Source: an uncultured Gemmatimonadales bacterium
Lineage (GTDB): Bacteria; Gemmatimonadota; Gemmatimonadetes; Gemmatimonadales; Gemmatimonadaceae
Assembly (NCBI GenBank): GCA_963701965.1
Contig: OY969695.1
Coordinates: 3,872,001 to 3,936,000, forward strand
DNA length: 64,000 nucleotides
Direction of reading: 5' to 3'
A program made the position numbers and the translations under genes. Positions 30,034 to 39,870 of the stretch are shown here, piece by piece (positions within the stretch are counted from its first letter, which is position 1; the number at the start of each line of letters is the position of its first letter). The notes beneath the pieces are model-generated. The model ran no database searches. It was not told where the DNA came from and saw only the letters and a list, made by a program, of their open reading frames with translations.

Positions 30034-30725
30034 TGGGACAGCAGCGCCGCCAGGACGGCGTTCGTGTCCGACAGGTCCGGGAACACGGCGGCGGGACGGC
30101 AGGCCGTCAGCTCCTCGACCGTGTAGCGCCCGGTCGCCACAGCCACCGCGCGGGCGCCCAGTGGCGCGCCGCAAGCCACGTCGGCCGGCGTGTCGCCAAT
30201 GATCACCAGCGCATCGCCGGCGATCTGGACCCCGAAACAATGGCGGGCGCGGGCGACCGCCACCGCCGGCAGCTCGGAGCGGACTTCGTGATCGGAGCCG
30301 AAGGCGCCGATTACGAACCGCAATGGATCGAGGCCGACGGCGCGTAGCTTGGACGCCGCGCCGGGCTCAATGTTGCCGGTCAGGAGCCCGAGGATGACAT
30401 CATCGCGCGACTCCAACGCCGCGAGCAAGGCATGAACCCCCGGGTATACGCTCGGCGGATGGCTGGGGTCGGCCAGCTCGACGTGCAGATGGTCTACGTA
30501 GCGCGCCAGCGTCTGGTCCAGCCGCGCGTCGATCGTCGCGTCGGAGTGGCCTTCGTGTCGCATGAGGTCGCGGACGATCTGCTTGTCGGTCTTGCCGTCG
30601 AACCAATAGTCGGCCGGTCCGACCGTCCCGAAGATCGCGCGCAGGGCGCTGTGAATCGCCCGCCGGCCCGACCCCGCGGCGGATAAGAGCGTGCCATCGA
30701 TATCGAACAGGACGAGGCGCTTCAC
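30030..30725 (-). CDS. HAD-family hydrolase (phosphoglycolate phosphatase-like)
   Basis: LFDIDGTL, LLTGN, IGDTPADV. Confidence 0.92.
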   Translation of the reverse strand: MKRLVLFDIDGTLLSAAGSGRRAIHSALRAIFGTVGPADYWFDGKTDKQIVRDLMRHEGHSDATIDARLDQTLARYVDHLHVELADPSHPPSVYPGVHALLAALESRDDVILGLLTGNIEPGAASKLRAVGLDPLRFVIGAFGSDHEVRSELPAVAVARARHCFGVQIAGDALVIIGDTPADVACGAPLGARAVAVATGRYTVEELTACRPAAVFPDLSDTNAVLAALLSQ

Positions 30726-31561
30726 GGCGTGAGAGTGAAAGGTTCCGGCGCAGCGTCGACGCCGGCAAACGTCCCGATCGCCGAGTAGCGACCGGGTTCG
30801 AGGCCGTACACCGCCCGCTGGTACAAATCGAACACGTACCGGCGTGTGGCGCCGGCTTGGCCGGCCGGCGCGAACGTCACGTAGGGGGCGTCCTTGTCTT
30901 CTCCCATGTATCCGCCCGGGCCGCCGGGTGACAGCGACACCAGCCGCACTTCGTACGAATCCTTGCTGGTGATGGCGACGCGAACGGCGCGTGGAGACGG
31001 GTTCGTCGCGCTCACCGTCGCGGTGAACCACCCACCATCGGTGGTGGACGTCTCCGTATCGGGCGCGATGAGCGTCGTGATGCGCATCGCCGCGGCACCG
31101 ACGACGGGCGCCGCGGTCGACGTATCCGGTGGACCCCCGGCATCGGTCACGCATCGCTCGATGCAGGCGACGATATCCCCGCAGTGGTCGAGGAATTGGT
31201 CGCGGGGATGCCCCGGCACCCGCAGCAGGGCGTGCAGCATCTCATGCCGCACGAGGGCGCCGTCGCCGTAGGACTCCGCGGCGATGACGATACGATTGCC
31301 GTCGCTGTACCAGGCGCCATTGACCGTCTCCCCTTCGAGGGAGAACGACGTGGCGCCGGGCACATAGTACCACTGGACCGCGCTCGGGTCGCCGGTGCGC
31401 CCCGAGCATTGCTCGGTGAGGGTCCACCATGCGCCGTATTGTGACGGAGGCGTCATGGGCACGGCGCCCGCCGGTAATCCGGTGATGCTCTGGCTATCGC
31501 AGCCGAGCGACCAGAGCGCGGCCAGAATGGCCGCGCGCACAGGACGACGCGGGGAACGCAA
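30722..31561 (-). CDS. Hypothetical lipoprotein with HExxH zinc-peptidase motif
   Basis: Lipobox-like SLGC and LVRHEMLHALL. Confidence 0.7.
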   Translation of the reverse strand: MRSPRRPVRAAILAALWSLGCDSQSITGLPAGAVPMTPPSQYGAWWTLTEQCSGRTGDPSAVQWYYVPGATSFSLEGETVNGAWYSDGNRIVIAAESYGDGALVRHEMLHALLRVPGHPRDQFLDHCGDIVACIERCVTDAGGPPDTSTAAPVVGAAAMRITTLIAPDTETSTTDGGWFTATVSATNPSPRAVRVAITSKDSYEVRLVSLSPGGPGGYMGEDKDAPYVTFAPAGQAGATRRYVFDLYQRAVYGLEPGRYSAIGTFAGVDAAPEPFTLTP

Positions 31562-31567
31562 CGGACA

Positions 31568-32035
31568 CTACTTGGTGATCGGCGTGCATCCGTCGTTGCG
31601 GGACGTATCGGCAACGTGGAAGATCTTCCACCCGTCGCCGCCCTTCTGCAACAGGAACGCGTCGACGCCGCAGTGGTTGATCTGCGTCTCGCCGCCGCGC
31701 GTCAACGTATAGTAGGTCCAGAGCGACGCCATCGGTCCGTCGATCTCGACCTTGGGATCCTTGATTTGCTCGTTCCCGCCCGGGCCCGTTCCCTTGCCGA
31801 CCCGATCAATGAATTGGTCAATGGAGCTCGGCGCGCTCACGCCATCCGGCCCGCCGGCCCGCTGCAGGGTCGTATTGGGCGATACGGTCGACCGCATCAT
31901 CGCGGTGTCGCGTGTCCGCATGCCATCAAAGAACCGCGTGACGACCTTAATGACATCTTGCCGGTCGGACTGCGCGTGCGCTGGCGCCGCCGCGAGGCTC
32001 AGAGCCAGACTTGCGGCGACGAAACGGATCGACAT
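31568..32035 (-). CDS. Secreted NTF2/SnoaL-like protein
   Basis: Signal peptide (AHA-Q), FFDGMRTRDT, IDGPMASLW, HCGVDAF, GWKI. Confidence 0.8.
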   Translation of the reverse strand: MSIRFVAASLALSLAAAPAHAQSDRQDVIKVVTRFFDGMRTRDTAMMRSTVSPNTTLQRAGGPDGVSAPSSIDQFIDRVGKGTGPGGNEQIKDPKVEIDGPMASLWTYYTLTRGGETQINHCGVDAFLLQKGGDGWKIFHVADTSRNDGCTPITK

Positions 32036-32072
32036 GTGGGAGTGCCTCGTCAAAGGGGGACCGAGCTGTATT

Positions 32073-32903
32073 CTACGCCACGGCCTGGAGCGGCGCAGTG
32101 GCGGGATTGCGGCGCAGGTACATCCAGAGCGCTCCGCCGGCCGAGAAGGCCAGCGCGATGAGTTGGGCGGTCGTGAGCGGCCCGAAGAAGCGGTCGTCCT
32201 TGGCCCGGAAAAACTCGACTATGAAGCGCTCGATGCCGGCGAGGACACAATACAGCCCGAACAGCCAGCCTTCCGCGTGGCGGTGATTCCGGTTGCGCCA
32301 CAGCACGAGGAACATGATAAATCCCATCGTGACCTCGAACAGCTGCGTGGGATAGACGGAGAGCACGTCGGTCGGCGCGACGTTGGCGCCGACCCGGACG
32401 TGAAATTCCTCCGCCATGTTGGCAGCGGTCGACGGGGGCGCGCCCTCGGGGAACTGCACGGCCCAGTGAGACGTCCACGGGCGCCCGTAGTCGTCCCCGA
32501 CCGCCCAACATCCGGTCCGCCCGATCGCGTAGGCCGCGGCCAGGCCCGGCGCGGCGGCGTCGCTGATCGTGGCGAATCGCCAACCCTTGAAGCGGATCAC
32601 GGCCCAACTGGCGATGATCCCGCCGATCAAGCCGCCCCAGAACACGAAGCCGGCCCGATGAAAGATCTCCGTGAAATCCCCGCGCAGGATCGCGTAGTAC
32701 ACCTTGGCCCCCACCAGGCCGCCGACCACGGCGCCGAGCAGGACGTCGTTCGTCACTTCCGGATCGCGTCCCCGTTCGGCCAGAATGTGGGCCGAGGAGA
32801 TCTGCGCAATCCAGAACGCGAACAGCACGGCCAGACCAAAGCCGGTGAGCTGGAAGATCCAGACGTGAAACTCGAACGGGTGGTGCACGATGGACGTGGG
32901 CAT
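32073..32903 (-). CDS. lgt: Prolipoprotein diacylglyceryl transferase
   Basis: GFVFWGG, AIGRTGC, YPTQLFE, RFIVEFFR. Confidence 0.92.
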   Translation of the reverse strand: MPTSIVHHPFEFHVWIFQLTGFGLAVLFAFWIAQISSAHILAERGRDPEVTNDVLLGAVVGGLVGAKVYYAILRGDFTEIFHRAGFVFWGGLIGGIIASWAVIRFKGWRFATISDAAAPGLAAAYAIGRTGCWAVGDDYGRPWTSHWAVQFPEGAPPSTAANMAEEFHVRVGANVAPTDVLSVYPTQLFEVTMGFIMFLVLWRNRNHRHAEGWLFGLYCVLAGIERFIVEFFRAKDDRFFGPLTTAQLIALAFSAGGALWMYLRRNPATAPLQAVA

Positions 32904-32905
32904 AT

Positions 32906-33931
32906 CTAGGCGGCTACCAGGCCGGGAAGAGGAAGCGTCGCGTAGGCATTGAGATCCGGCCCTCCGCGATCGCCGTGTGCGAGACGAAACAGTCCGGTGC
33001 GGGCGATCATCGCGGCATTGTCGGTCGCCAGTCGCGCGCCCGGCGCGAAGACTCCTACGCCATCGGGCCCCAGCCGTTCCCGCATGACATCCACGAGCGC
33101 CCGGTTGCAGGCCACGCCGCCGCCGAGCACGACGCGCTGGCGTGCATACGCGCGCGTGGCGCGCGCGGTTTTTTCGACCAGGGTCTCGATCAGCGCGTCC
33201 TGGAACCCCCGCGCGAGGTCGGCCGGGGCATGGGCGCCGAGGGCTTGCCGGACCGCGGTCTTGAGACCGCTGAACGACACGTCATAGTAGTCCGCGTCGC
33301 CGGGTCGCTGGTCGCGCCGGAGCATTGGTCGGGTGAAGCGGGCCCGCGACGGGTCGCCTGTTGCCGCCAACCGTTCGACATGCCGCCCGCCAGGGTAGGG
33401 CAGTCCCAGCATCTTGGCGACTTTGTCGAATGCTTCGCCCGCCGCATCGTCGCGCGTCGCGCCCAGCAGCCGGTACTCACCCCACGCGGCGACGTCGATC
33501 AACAAGGTGTGGCCGCCCGACACCAACAGGGCGGTGAAAGGGGGAACCGCGTCCGCGTGCTCGAGCGACGCGGCGAACAGGTGCCCCTCCATGTGGTGGA
33601 CGGGCACCAAGGGTACCCCGAGCGCCGCGGCCAGTCCCTTGGCGTAGCTCAACCCGACGAGCAGCGCGCCAATCAAACCCGGCGCGTGGGTCACCGCGAT
33701 AGCGTCGAGTTGCCCGATGGGAATCCCGGCCTCGGCGAGGGCCCGTTCGACCACGGGGACGATGCTCGTCATGTGCGCGCGGGCGGCAATCTCGGGAACG
33801 ACGCCGCCAAACACGGTGTGGACATCCTGGGAGAGAATCACCAGCGACCGCAGCGTCGCCCCGGCGCCCGCGCTCTCCATGACCGCGGCCAATGTCTCAT
33901 CGCAGGACGTCTCGAGCCCCAAGATGTGCAT
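32906..33931 (-). CDS. tsaD: tRNA N6-threonylcarbamoyladenosine transferase
   Basis: LGLETSCDET, GGVVPE, HHMEGH, VSGGHT, DDAAGEAFDK, TDNAAMI. Confidence 0.96.
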   Translation of the reverse strand: MHILGLETSCDETLAAVMESAGAGATLRSLVILSQDVHTVFGGVVPEIAARAHMTSIVPVVERALAEAGIPIGQLDAIAVTHAPGLIGALLVGLSYAKGLAAALGVPLVPVHHMEGHLFAASLEHADAVPPFTALLVSGGHTLLIDVAAWGEYRLLGATRDDAAGEAFDKVAKMLGLPYPGGRHVERLAATGDPSRARFTRPMLRRDQRPGDADYYDVSFSGLKTAVRQALGAHAPADLARGFQDALIETLVEKTARATRAYARQRVVLGGGVACNRALVDVMRERLGPDGVGVFAPGARLATDNAAMIARTGLFRLAHGDRGGPDLNAYATLPLPGLVAA

Positions 33932-33935
33932 GCGG

Positions 33936-34046
33936 TCAGCGACGGAGGTGCGTGAAGAGCCACAAAGCGACGGCCAGAAAGAGCGCGACGGCCTTGTAGC
34001 CCAAACGTTCGGTGAAGGCCGCGACGAGCCACTTGCGCAGATTCAC
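33936..34046 (-). CDS. 36-aa single-TM micro-protein resembling the N-terminal anchor of CdaR/YbbR proteins
   Basis: MNLRKWLVAAFTERLGYKAVALFLAVALWLFTHLRR. The GTG overlaps the tlpA stop and the stop lies 4 nt before tsaD. Confidence 0.65.
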   Translation of the reverse strand: MNLRKWLVAAFTERLGYKAVALFLAVALWLFTHLRR

Positions 34047-34594
34047 GACGCCGGCTCCCGCAGCAGTTGCGCGATCAAGGCCCGATCGCCGGGCGAATCC
34101 CAATCCGAGGCGCCGATGACTTTCTTCCGGATGACGCCATCGCGCCCGATGACGAACGTCTCGGGAAACCCGGTCGTCTGATATTCGCGTGCCACGCCCA
34201 GCTTGGGATCCCACAGAATGTCGAACGTCAGCTGGTGCCGCGCCACGAACGCGCGGACGATCGAGTCGGTCGGTGTCGTGTCGACGCTGACGGCGACGAT
34301 CTTGAGGCCCTGGGACGCGAAGTCGCGGTACAGCCGCTCGATCGACGGCATCTCCACGACGCAGGGCGGACACCACGTCGCCCAAATGTTGAGCAGCACC
34401 ACCGAGCCCCGATAGTCGGCGAGACGGCGCGGGTGTGGGGTTTCACCTACCGTGGCGGCACTGAAGTCCGGCGCCCGCGACCCGGGCGAGACGAGGAAAA
34501 TTTCGTCCCTATCCCAGCGCAGCACCGCGAACACCCCCACCGCCAGTACGGCGATGAGTGCCGTCACGACGGCGACCTGCCGGCGCAGGGTCAC
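34043..34594 (-). CDS. TlpA/ResA-family thiol-disulfide oxidoreductase
   Basis: N-terminal TM, APDF, NIWATWCPPC..EMP, GFPETF. Confidence 0.92.
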   Translation of the reverse strand: MTLRRQVAVVTALIAVLAVGVFAVLRWDRDEIFLVSPGSRAPDFSAATVGETPHPRRLADYRGSVVLLNIWATWCPPCVVEMPSIERLYRDFASQGLKIVAVSVDTTPTDSIVRAFVARHQLTFDILWDPKLGVAREYQTTGFPETFVIGRDGVIRKKVIGASDWDSPGDRALIAQLLREPAS

Positions 34595-35259
34595 ACGACC
34601 TCCGCGGCCGCCCGCCGGCGCAGCTCCCCGATCTCGGCGCGCGGGTCCGGCGCGGAGAACAACGCGTTGCCCGCGACGAACGCGTTCGCTCCCGCACGAT
34701 AGCACGCGGAGATGACATCGCGGTTGATCCCGCCGTCCACTTCGAGGACCGCGCGGCTCCGCGTCGCCGTGAGCAACGCGCGCGCGCGCGCGATTTTGTC
34801 GACGCTCCCCGGGATGAACTGCTGTCCCCCGAACCCGGGGTTCACCGTCATGACCAGCACGGTATCGAGGTCGCCGGCGAGATCGGCGAGGGCTTCCACG
34901 GGCGTACCGGGATTGATCGCAACGCCCGCGGCACAACCCAGCTCCTGGATGTGGTGCACATGCCGGTGCACGTGCGGCGTCGCCTCGGCATGAATGATCA
35001 TCCGCGACGCCCCCGCGCCCGCGAAGGCGTCGATGTAGCGTTCGGGCTGCCACACCATGAGATGCACGTCGAGCGGCAACGCGGTCACGGAGCGAACGGC
35101 GGCGATCACCCCGGCGCCGAACGTGAGGTTGGGCACGAACTGCCCATCCATGACGTCGACGTGAAACCAGTCGGCGCCCCCTGCTTCCATCCGCGCGATG
35201 TCATCGGCCAGCCGCGCGAAATTCGCGCTCAGGATCGAGGGCAGGATGCGCACGCTCAC
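34591..35259 (-). CDS. rpe: Ribulose-phosphate 3-epimerase
   Basis: PSILSA, HVDVMDGQFVPN, DVHLM, MTVNPGFGGQ, EVDGGI. Confidence 0.97.
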   Translation of the reverse strand: MSVRILPSILSANFARLADDIARMEAGGADWFHVDVMDGQFVPNLTFGAGVIAAVRSVTALPLDVHLMVWQPERYIDAFAGAGASRMIIHAEATPHVHRHVHHIQELGCAAGVAINPGTPVEALADLAGDLDTVLVMTVNPGFGGQQFIPGSVDKIARARALLTATRSRAVLEVDGGINRDVISACYRAGANAFVAGNALFSAPDPRAEIGELRRRAAAEVV

Positions 35260-35993
35260 GGGAGCCGTCCCGCGACCGTGAGCGCGACGCCGCTGCCGGC
35301 TTGGACGGTCGATCCTCCGACCGGACTCTGAGCCATGATGGTCCCCTCGGGGTCCGCGGACGCGGAGTCGACCATGACGGCCCCGGCGTGGAGGCCGAGC
35401 TGCTCGATCGTGGACCGGGCCTGCGCGAATGGCTGGCCTACGAGATCGGGGAGGACCACCGTGGTCGGTCCCGAGCTCACGAGCATCGTCACGATCGACG
35501 GAAGCACGGCCATCGTACCGGCGACCGGCGTCGTCTCCAGGACTTCGCCGCGGGGCAGTGGACTCTCGTGCAGAGTCACGTCGCCCATCGTGAGGCCGAC
35601 CTTTTCCAGCAGGAGCTGCGCTTGCTGTTGGGTGAGCCCGACGACGTTGGGCACCTCGGTGCGCCGCTCGCCGGCACTCAAGTCGAGCACGATCTTCGAC
35701 CCGCGCGCGCCGGGCGCGCCCGCGTTCGGCGTCTGCTGCAACACGGTCGATTTCGGGCTGCCGACGTTGTACCGCGACTCGCCTTGCTCCGCCTTGAATC
35801 CGGCCGCGTTCAGCTTGTGCACGGCATCGTCATACGTCAGACCGAGCACGTTCGGAATCTTGAGCTCCTCGGGGACGAGCCGGGCGGGGAAGAGGAAAAA
35901 GAAGACCACCAGATAGGCGATCAAAAACCCGCCGCAGGCGGTGATCACGTACGGCAGGAGACGTCGAGCGTCGGCCAGCGACGGCCGGCTCAC
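35256..35993 (-). CDS. Membrane-anchored protein with three PASTA domains
   Basis: TM helix followed by IPNVLG, VPNVVG and LPDLVG repeats. Confidence 0.92.
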   Translation of the reverse strand: MSRPSLADARRLLPYVITACGGFLIAYLVVFFFLFPARLVPEELKIPNVLGLTYDDAVHKLNAAGFKAEQGESRYNVGSPKSTVLQQTPNAGAPGARGSKIVLDLSAGERRTEVPNVVGLTQQQAQLLLEKVGLTMGDVTLHESPLPRGEVLETTPVAGTMAVLPSIVTMLVSSGPTTVVLPDLVGQPFAQARSTIEQLGLHAGAVMVDSASADPEGTIMAQSPVGGSTVQAGSGVALTVAGRLP

Positions 35994-37348
35994 GACAGGG
36001 CCGCCCTCCGGAGGCGCGCGGCAAACGCGCCATCAGTCCCGTGCCGTTGCGGCAGCACGCGGAGCCGCCCGGCATCGAGCACGGCGGCCGGTACGGCACC
36101 GTCGGGCGGCGGCTCCAAAGCCCAGTCGGGATGCTCGGCCAGAAACGCTTCGATCTGGGCGTCGTTCTCTTCGGGCTCGAGGGAGCACGTGGCGTAGATG
36201 AGCAGGCCGCCGGGGCGCACGATGTGCGCGGCCGCCCGCAAAATCCCGCGCTGCAGGCCACTCAATCCGATCAGATCGGACGCCTTGAGCCGCCAGCGGG
36301 CATCGGGATGACGCCGGAAGGTCCCGGTCCCGGTGCACGGCACGTCCACCAGCACGGCATCGACCGGGCTCAAGGGCGGCGCCTGTCCCTCGGCGGCCAC
36401 GACCTGCACGTTGCGCGCTTCGACGCGCCGCACGTTCGCTACCAGCCGCTGCAGGCGGGCGAACGAGCGGTCGGCAGCGATCACCAGCGCCGCGGTGCGG
36501 GTCAGCTCCAGTGTCTTTCCCCCGGGTGCGGCGCAGAGATCGGCGACGGTAGCGCCGGCCGGAATGCACGCGTACTGGGTCACCAGCGTCGCCGCCGGGT
36601 CTTGGATGAAGAACAAGCCCTGGCGAAAGGCGCCCAACTCGGTCAGCGCGGCGGGCGTGCTGATCTGGATGCTGTCGCGCACGAGCGGCGTCTCTTCCAC
36701 CCGCACGCCCGCCGATTCCAGCATCGCCTCCAATTGCTCGCGCACCACGCCGTAGGGGCGGATGACGATTGGGGCCTCGCGATTGTTGGCCCGCAGCAGC
36801 TGCCGGGTCTCGTCCGCGCCCCAGCGGCCCACCCATCGCGCGACCAGCCACCGCGGATGCGAGTACGACTGCGCCAGCGCGTCCAGGGGATCGCTGGGAC
36901 TCTGACTCTGCAGGCCGCCGGGCTCGTCGCGCTCCCGGTCGAGCCGGCGCAGCACCGCGTTCACCAACTTGCTGGCGCCGAGGCCGTGCCGCCGCTTCGC
37001 CAACTCGACGGTCTGGGCGATCGCGGCGTATGGCGGCACGCTGCCCATGAATAGGAGCTGATACGCGCCGAGGCGGAGCAGATCCGCGATGTCGGCGTCG
37101 AGCCGGGCGAGACCGCCGCGCACCCGCGCCGCGAGTAGGGCGTCGAGCTGCGAGCGGCGCCGGAGCATGCCATAGACGAGCTCCTGCGTCCACCGCCGGT
37201 CCCGGGCGTCGAGGCGATCGACCCGGGCCTCGAAGGCGGGGTCGAGCAGCGCTCCGCCCCGAAGCTCGGCACAGGTGTCGGCCGCCGCCACGCGCGAATC
37301 GGTCACGCCGCCAACTGGCGCGCGAACGGCCGAAGGCTGCTCGGTCAC
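35990..37348 (-). CDS. rsmB: 16S rRNA m5C967 methyltransferase
   Basis: NusB-like N-terminus (LVYGMLR, LRLGAYQL, LVNAVLR), DLCAAPGGKT, DVPCTGTG, YATCS..PEEN. Confidence 0.95.
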   Translation of the reverse strand: MTEQPSAVRAPVGGVTDSRVAAADTCAELRGGALLDPAFEARVDRLDARDRRWTQELVYGMLRRRSQLDALLAARVRGGLARLDADIADLLRLGAYQLLFMGSVPPYAAIAQTVELAKRRHGLGASKLVNAVLRRLDRERDEPGGLQSQSPSDPLDALAQSYSHPRWLVARWVGRWGADETRQLLRANNREAPIVIRPYGVVREQLEAMLESAGVRVEETPLVRDSIQISTPAALTELGAFRQGLFFIQDPAATLVTQYACIPAGATVADLCAAPGGKTLELTRTAALVIAADRSFARLQRLVANVRRVEARNVQVVAAEGQAPPLSPVDAVLVDVPCTGTGTFRRHPDARWRLKASDLIGLSGLQRGILRAAAHIVRPGGLLIYATCSLEPEENDAQIEAFLAEHPDWALEPPPDGAVPAAVLDAGRLRVLPQRHGTDGAFAARLRRAALS

Positions 37349-38139
37349 GTCAGGTGCCCGGTGGTCGGTGACGACGGCACGGCGACCTCCCGCCGCGGCA
37401 TGCGGCCCGCGAGATACGCCAGGCGCCCAGCCTCGATCCCGAGGCGCATGGCGTCGGCCATGAGGACCGGATCTTGCGCGGCGGCGATCCCTGTGTTCAT
37501 GAGTACGCCATCCACGCCCTGTTCCATCGTCAGGCAGGCATCGGAGGCCGTGCCCACGCCGGCATCGACGATGACGGGTACCGCCAGCCGGTGCTTGATC
37601 GTGCGGACCGAGTAGGGATTCAACAGACCAAGGCCGGACCCGATCGGCGATGCCAGCGGCATGACGGCGACCGCGCCGGCGTCCTCGAGGCGCAGGGCCG
37701 TGATCAGATCGTCGTTGGTGTAGGCCATGATCTTGAACCCCTCGGCGGCCAGCACGCGCGTCGCCTCCACGGTCCCAACAGGATCGGGCAGCAGGGTCTC
37801 TTGGTCGGCGATGACCTCGAGCTTGACCCACTCGTTGAACCCGGCGGCCCGGGCGAGACGCGCGTAGCGCGTCGCCTCGGCGACTGTCCCGCACCCGGCC
37901 GTATTGGCCAGTAGAAAAAACTTCGCTGGATCGAGGTGATGCAGCACACCGGCGTCTTTCGTCCGGTCGAGATCGACACGCCGAACCGCGACAGTCACGA
38001 CCTCGGCGCCCGAGGCCTCGATCGCGCGCACCATCAGGTCGTTCGACGCGTACTTGCCGGTGCCGACCATGAGACGCGACCGGAACTCGCGTCCGGCGAT
38101 CGTCAAGGCGTCGACATGCGGCAGGGTCAGGGTCGCCAC
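37345..38139 (-). CDS. thiG: Thiazole synthase
   Basis: SRLMVGTGKY, NTAGC, VKLEVI, MPLASPIGSG, DAGVG. Confidence 0.96.
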   Translation of the reverse strand: MATLTLPHVDALTIAGREFRSRLMVGTGKYASNDLMVRAIEASGAEVVTVAVRRVDLDRTKDAGVLHHLDPAKFFLLANTAGCGTVAEATRYARLARAAGFNEWVKLEVIADQETLLPDPVGTVEATRVLAAEGFKIMAYTNDDLITALRLEDAGAVAVMPLASPIGSGLGLLNPYSVRTIKHRLAVPVIVDAGVGTASDACLTMEQGVDGVLMNTGIAAAQDPVLMADAMRLGIEAGRLAYLAGRMPRREVAVPSSPTTGHLT

Positions 38140-38143
38140 GCCG

Positions 38144-38377
38144 TCACCCTCCGCCCACGAAGTGCACAAGCTCCAGCACGTCGCCCCCGCCCAGCGCGAG
38201 GGTCGCGAACCCCGTGCGGTCACGGAGGATAACGCCGTTGTGCTCGACGACGATCATGCGCGCGTCGAGGCCCAGCCCGTCGAGCAGTCCGGCCAGCGTC
38301 GTCCCCGCCGCGACGGCGCGGAGGCAGCCGTTCACGGTGAGAGGGACTCGCGCCTCTGGCGCCTCGACCGGGACCAT
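38144..38377 (-). CDS. thiS: Sulfur carrier protein ThiS
   Basis: LTVNG, VVEHNG, C-terminal ELVHFVGGG; adjacent to thiG. Confidence 0.93.
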   Translation of the reverse strand: MVPVEAPEARVPLTVNGCLRAVAAGTTLAGLLDGLGLDARMIVVEHNGVILRDRTGFATLALGGGDVLELVHFVGGG

Positions 38378-38418
38378 GGCCGAAATATAGCGCCGGGCGC
38401 CAAAAGGAGTCTCACGGG

Positions 38419-39834
38419 CTACACCAGCGTGCCCCCGAGGACCGCGTAGGCGATGGAGAAGTAGATCAGGAGTCCCGTGACGTCGACGAGCGTCGCCACG
38501 AACGGCGCCGAGGCGCTGGCGGGATCGAATCCCAGGCGCTTGAGGAGGAAGGGCAGCATCGAGCCGGCCAGCGACCCGAAACCGACGATCCCGATCAGCG
38601 CCACGCCGATCGTCGTGGCGATTAAGGGCCAGTGGGGGCCGTAGTCGAACAAGTGCAGATTCTGCCACAACGCGACCCGGATGAATCCGATGACGCCGAG
38701 GATGCCGCCCAGGGTCAGTCCGGTCGGCAGCTCCCGGGCGGCGATGCGCCACCAGTCGCCGAGGGTGATCTCGCGGAGTGCCAACGCCCGGATGATCAAT
38801 GACGTCGCCTGCGAGCCGGAGTTGCCGCCCGAGCTCATCACCAGCGGGATGAACAGGGACAGGACGACGGCGCGGGCGATGAGGCCCTCGAAGTGCTGCA
38901 TCGCGGTCGCGGTCAGCATCTCGCTCAGGAACAGCGCGCACAGCCACCCGGCGCGCTTGCGGATCATGAGGCCAAAGCCGATCTGCAGATAGGGCTCGTC
39001 GATGGCTTCCAAGCCGCCCATGCGGTGCACGTCCTCGGTCTGTTCGCGCACGATCGCGTCGATGACGTCGTCGAACGTGACGAGTCCGATCGGCCGGTGC
39101 TCCTCGTCGACGACGGGGATCGCGACCAGGTTGTACTTGGAGAGGAGGCGGGCGACGTCGTCGCGCGATGTCTCCGGGTGCACCTCGATCGGCGCCCGCG
39201 GTTGGCACGCCGACAGCACGGGCGTCGGTCCGTCGGCCACCAACAGCTCGCGCAGCGAGATGGCGTGTACGAGGTGCCCATCCCCGGGGTCCACGAGGTA
39301 CACGACGTAGATCGTCTCGGCGCCGTGGGCGTGGTGGCGCACGAAGTCGAGTGTCTGGGTCACCGTCCAGTCGCTGGGGACGGCCAGGAGCTCGGTCGTC
39401 ATGATGCCGCCAGCGGTGTCCGGCGCGTAGCGCAGTAGCAAGTCGAGCCCGCGGCGGGTCGGCGCGTCCAACGTGGGCAGCAGGCGTTGGCGGTCGCGCG
39501 CGGGAAGGTCGCGGAAGACATCGGCCAGCTGGTCGGCCGACATCGCCTCCAACAACCGGGTCGCCGCGGTCGTGTCGGCGTGGCCGATGATACCGGCTTT
39601 GTTCGTCAGCTCCGGCTGGTCGAGCACGGCGACGGCCTGCTCGAAGGGCAACGCCTCGATCAGCCGGGCCGCGCCCGCCTCGTCGGACATCCGGCTCAAG
39701 GCATCGGCGATCTCGGCCGGCCGCAGGTACCGCGACGCGCTCCGAAGGGCGTCCGGGCCGGCATTGGCGAGCTGGGTCAACGCCAGCGCGACGTCGAAGC
39801 GCTCACCGTGCGGGTGGGGTTCGGAAGGGGTCAT
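38419..39834 (-). CDS. mgtE: Magnesium transporter MgtE
   Basis: TAGGIMT CBS pair, RAGWL, SSGGNSGSQ, DPASASAPFVATLVDVTG. Confidence 0.95.
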   Translation of the reverse strand: MTPSEPHPHGERFDVALALTQLANAGPDALRSASRYLRPAEIADALSRMSDEAGAARLIEALPFEQAVAVLDQPELTNKAGIIGHADTTAATRLLEAMSADQLADVFRDLPARDRQRLLPTLDAPTRRGLDLLLRYAPDTAGGIMTTELLAVPSDWTVTQTLDFVRHHAHGAETIYVVYLVDPGDGHLVHAISLRELLVADGPTPVLSACQPRAPIEVHPETSRDDVARLLSKYNLVAIPVVDEEHRPIGLVTFDDVIDAIVREQTEDVHRMGGLEAIDEPYLQIGFGLMIRKRAGWLCALFLSEMLTATAMQHFEGLIARAVVLSLFIPLVMSSGGNSGSQATSLIIRALALREITLGDWWRIAARELPTGLTLGGILGVIGFIRVALWQNLHLFDYGPHWPLIATTIGVALIGIVGFGSLAGSMLPFLLKRLGFDPASASAPFVATLVDVTGLLIYFSIAYAVLGGTLV

Positions 39835-39870
39835 GGCGAGAGTGCATAGTGTCGGGAGATCACGGCACCG

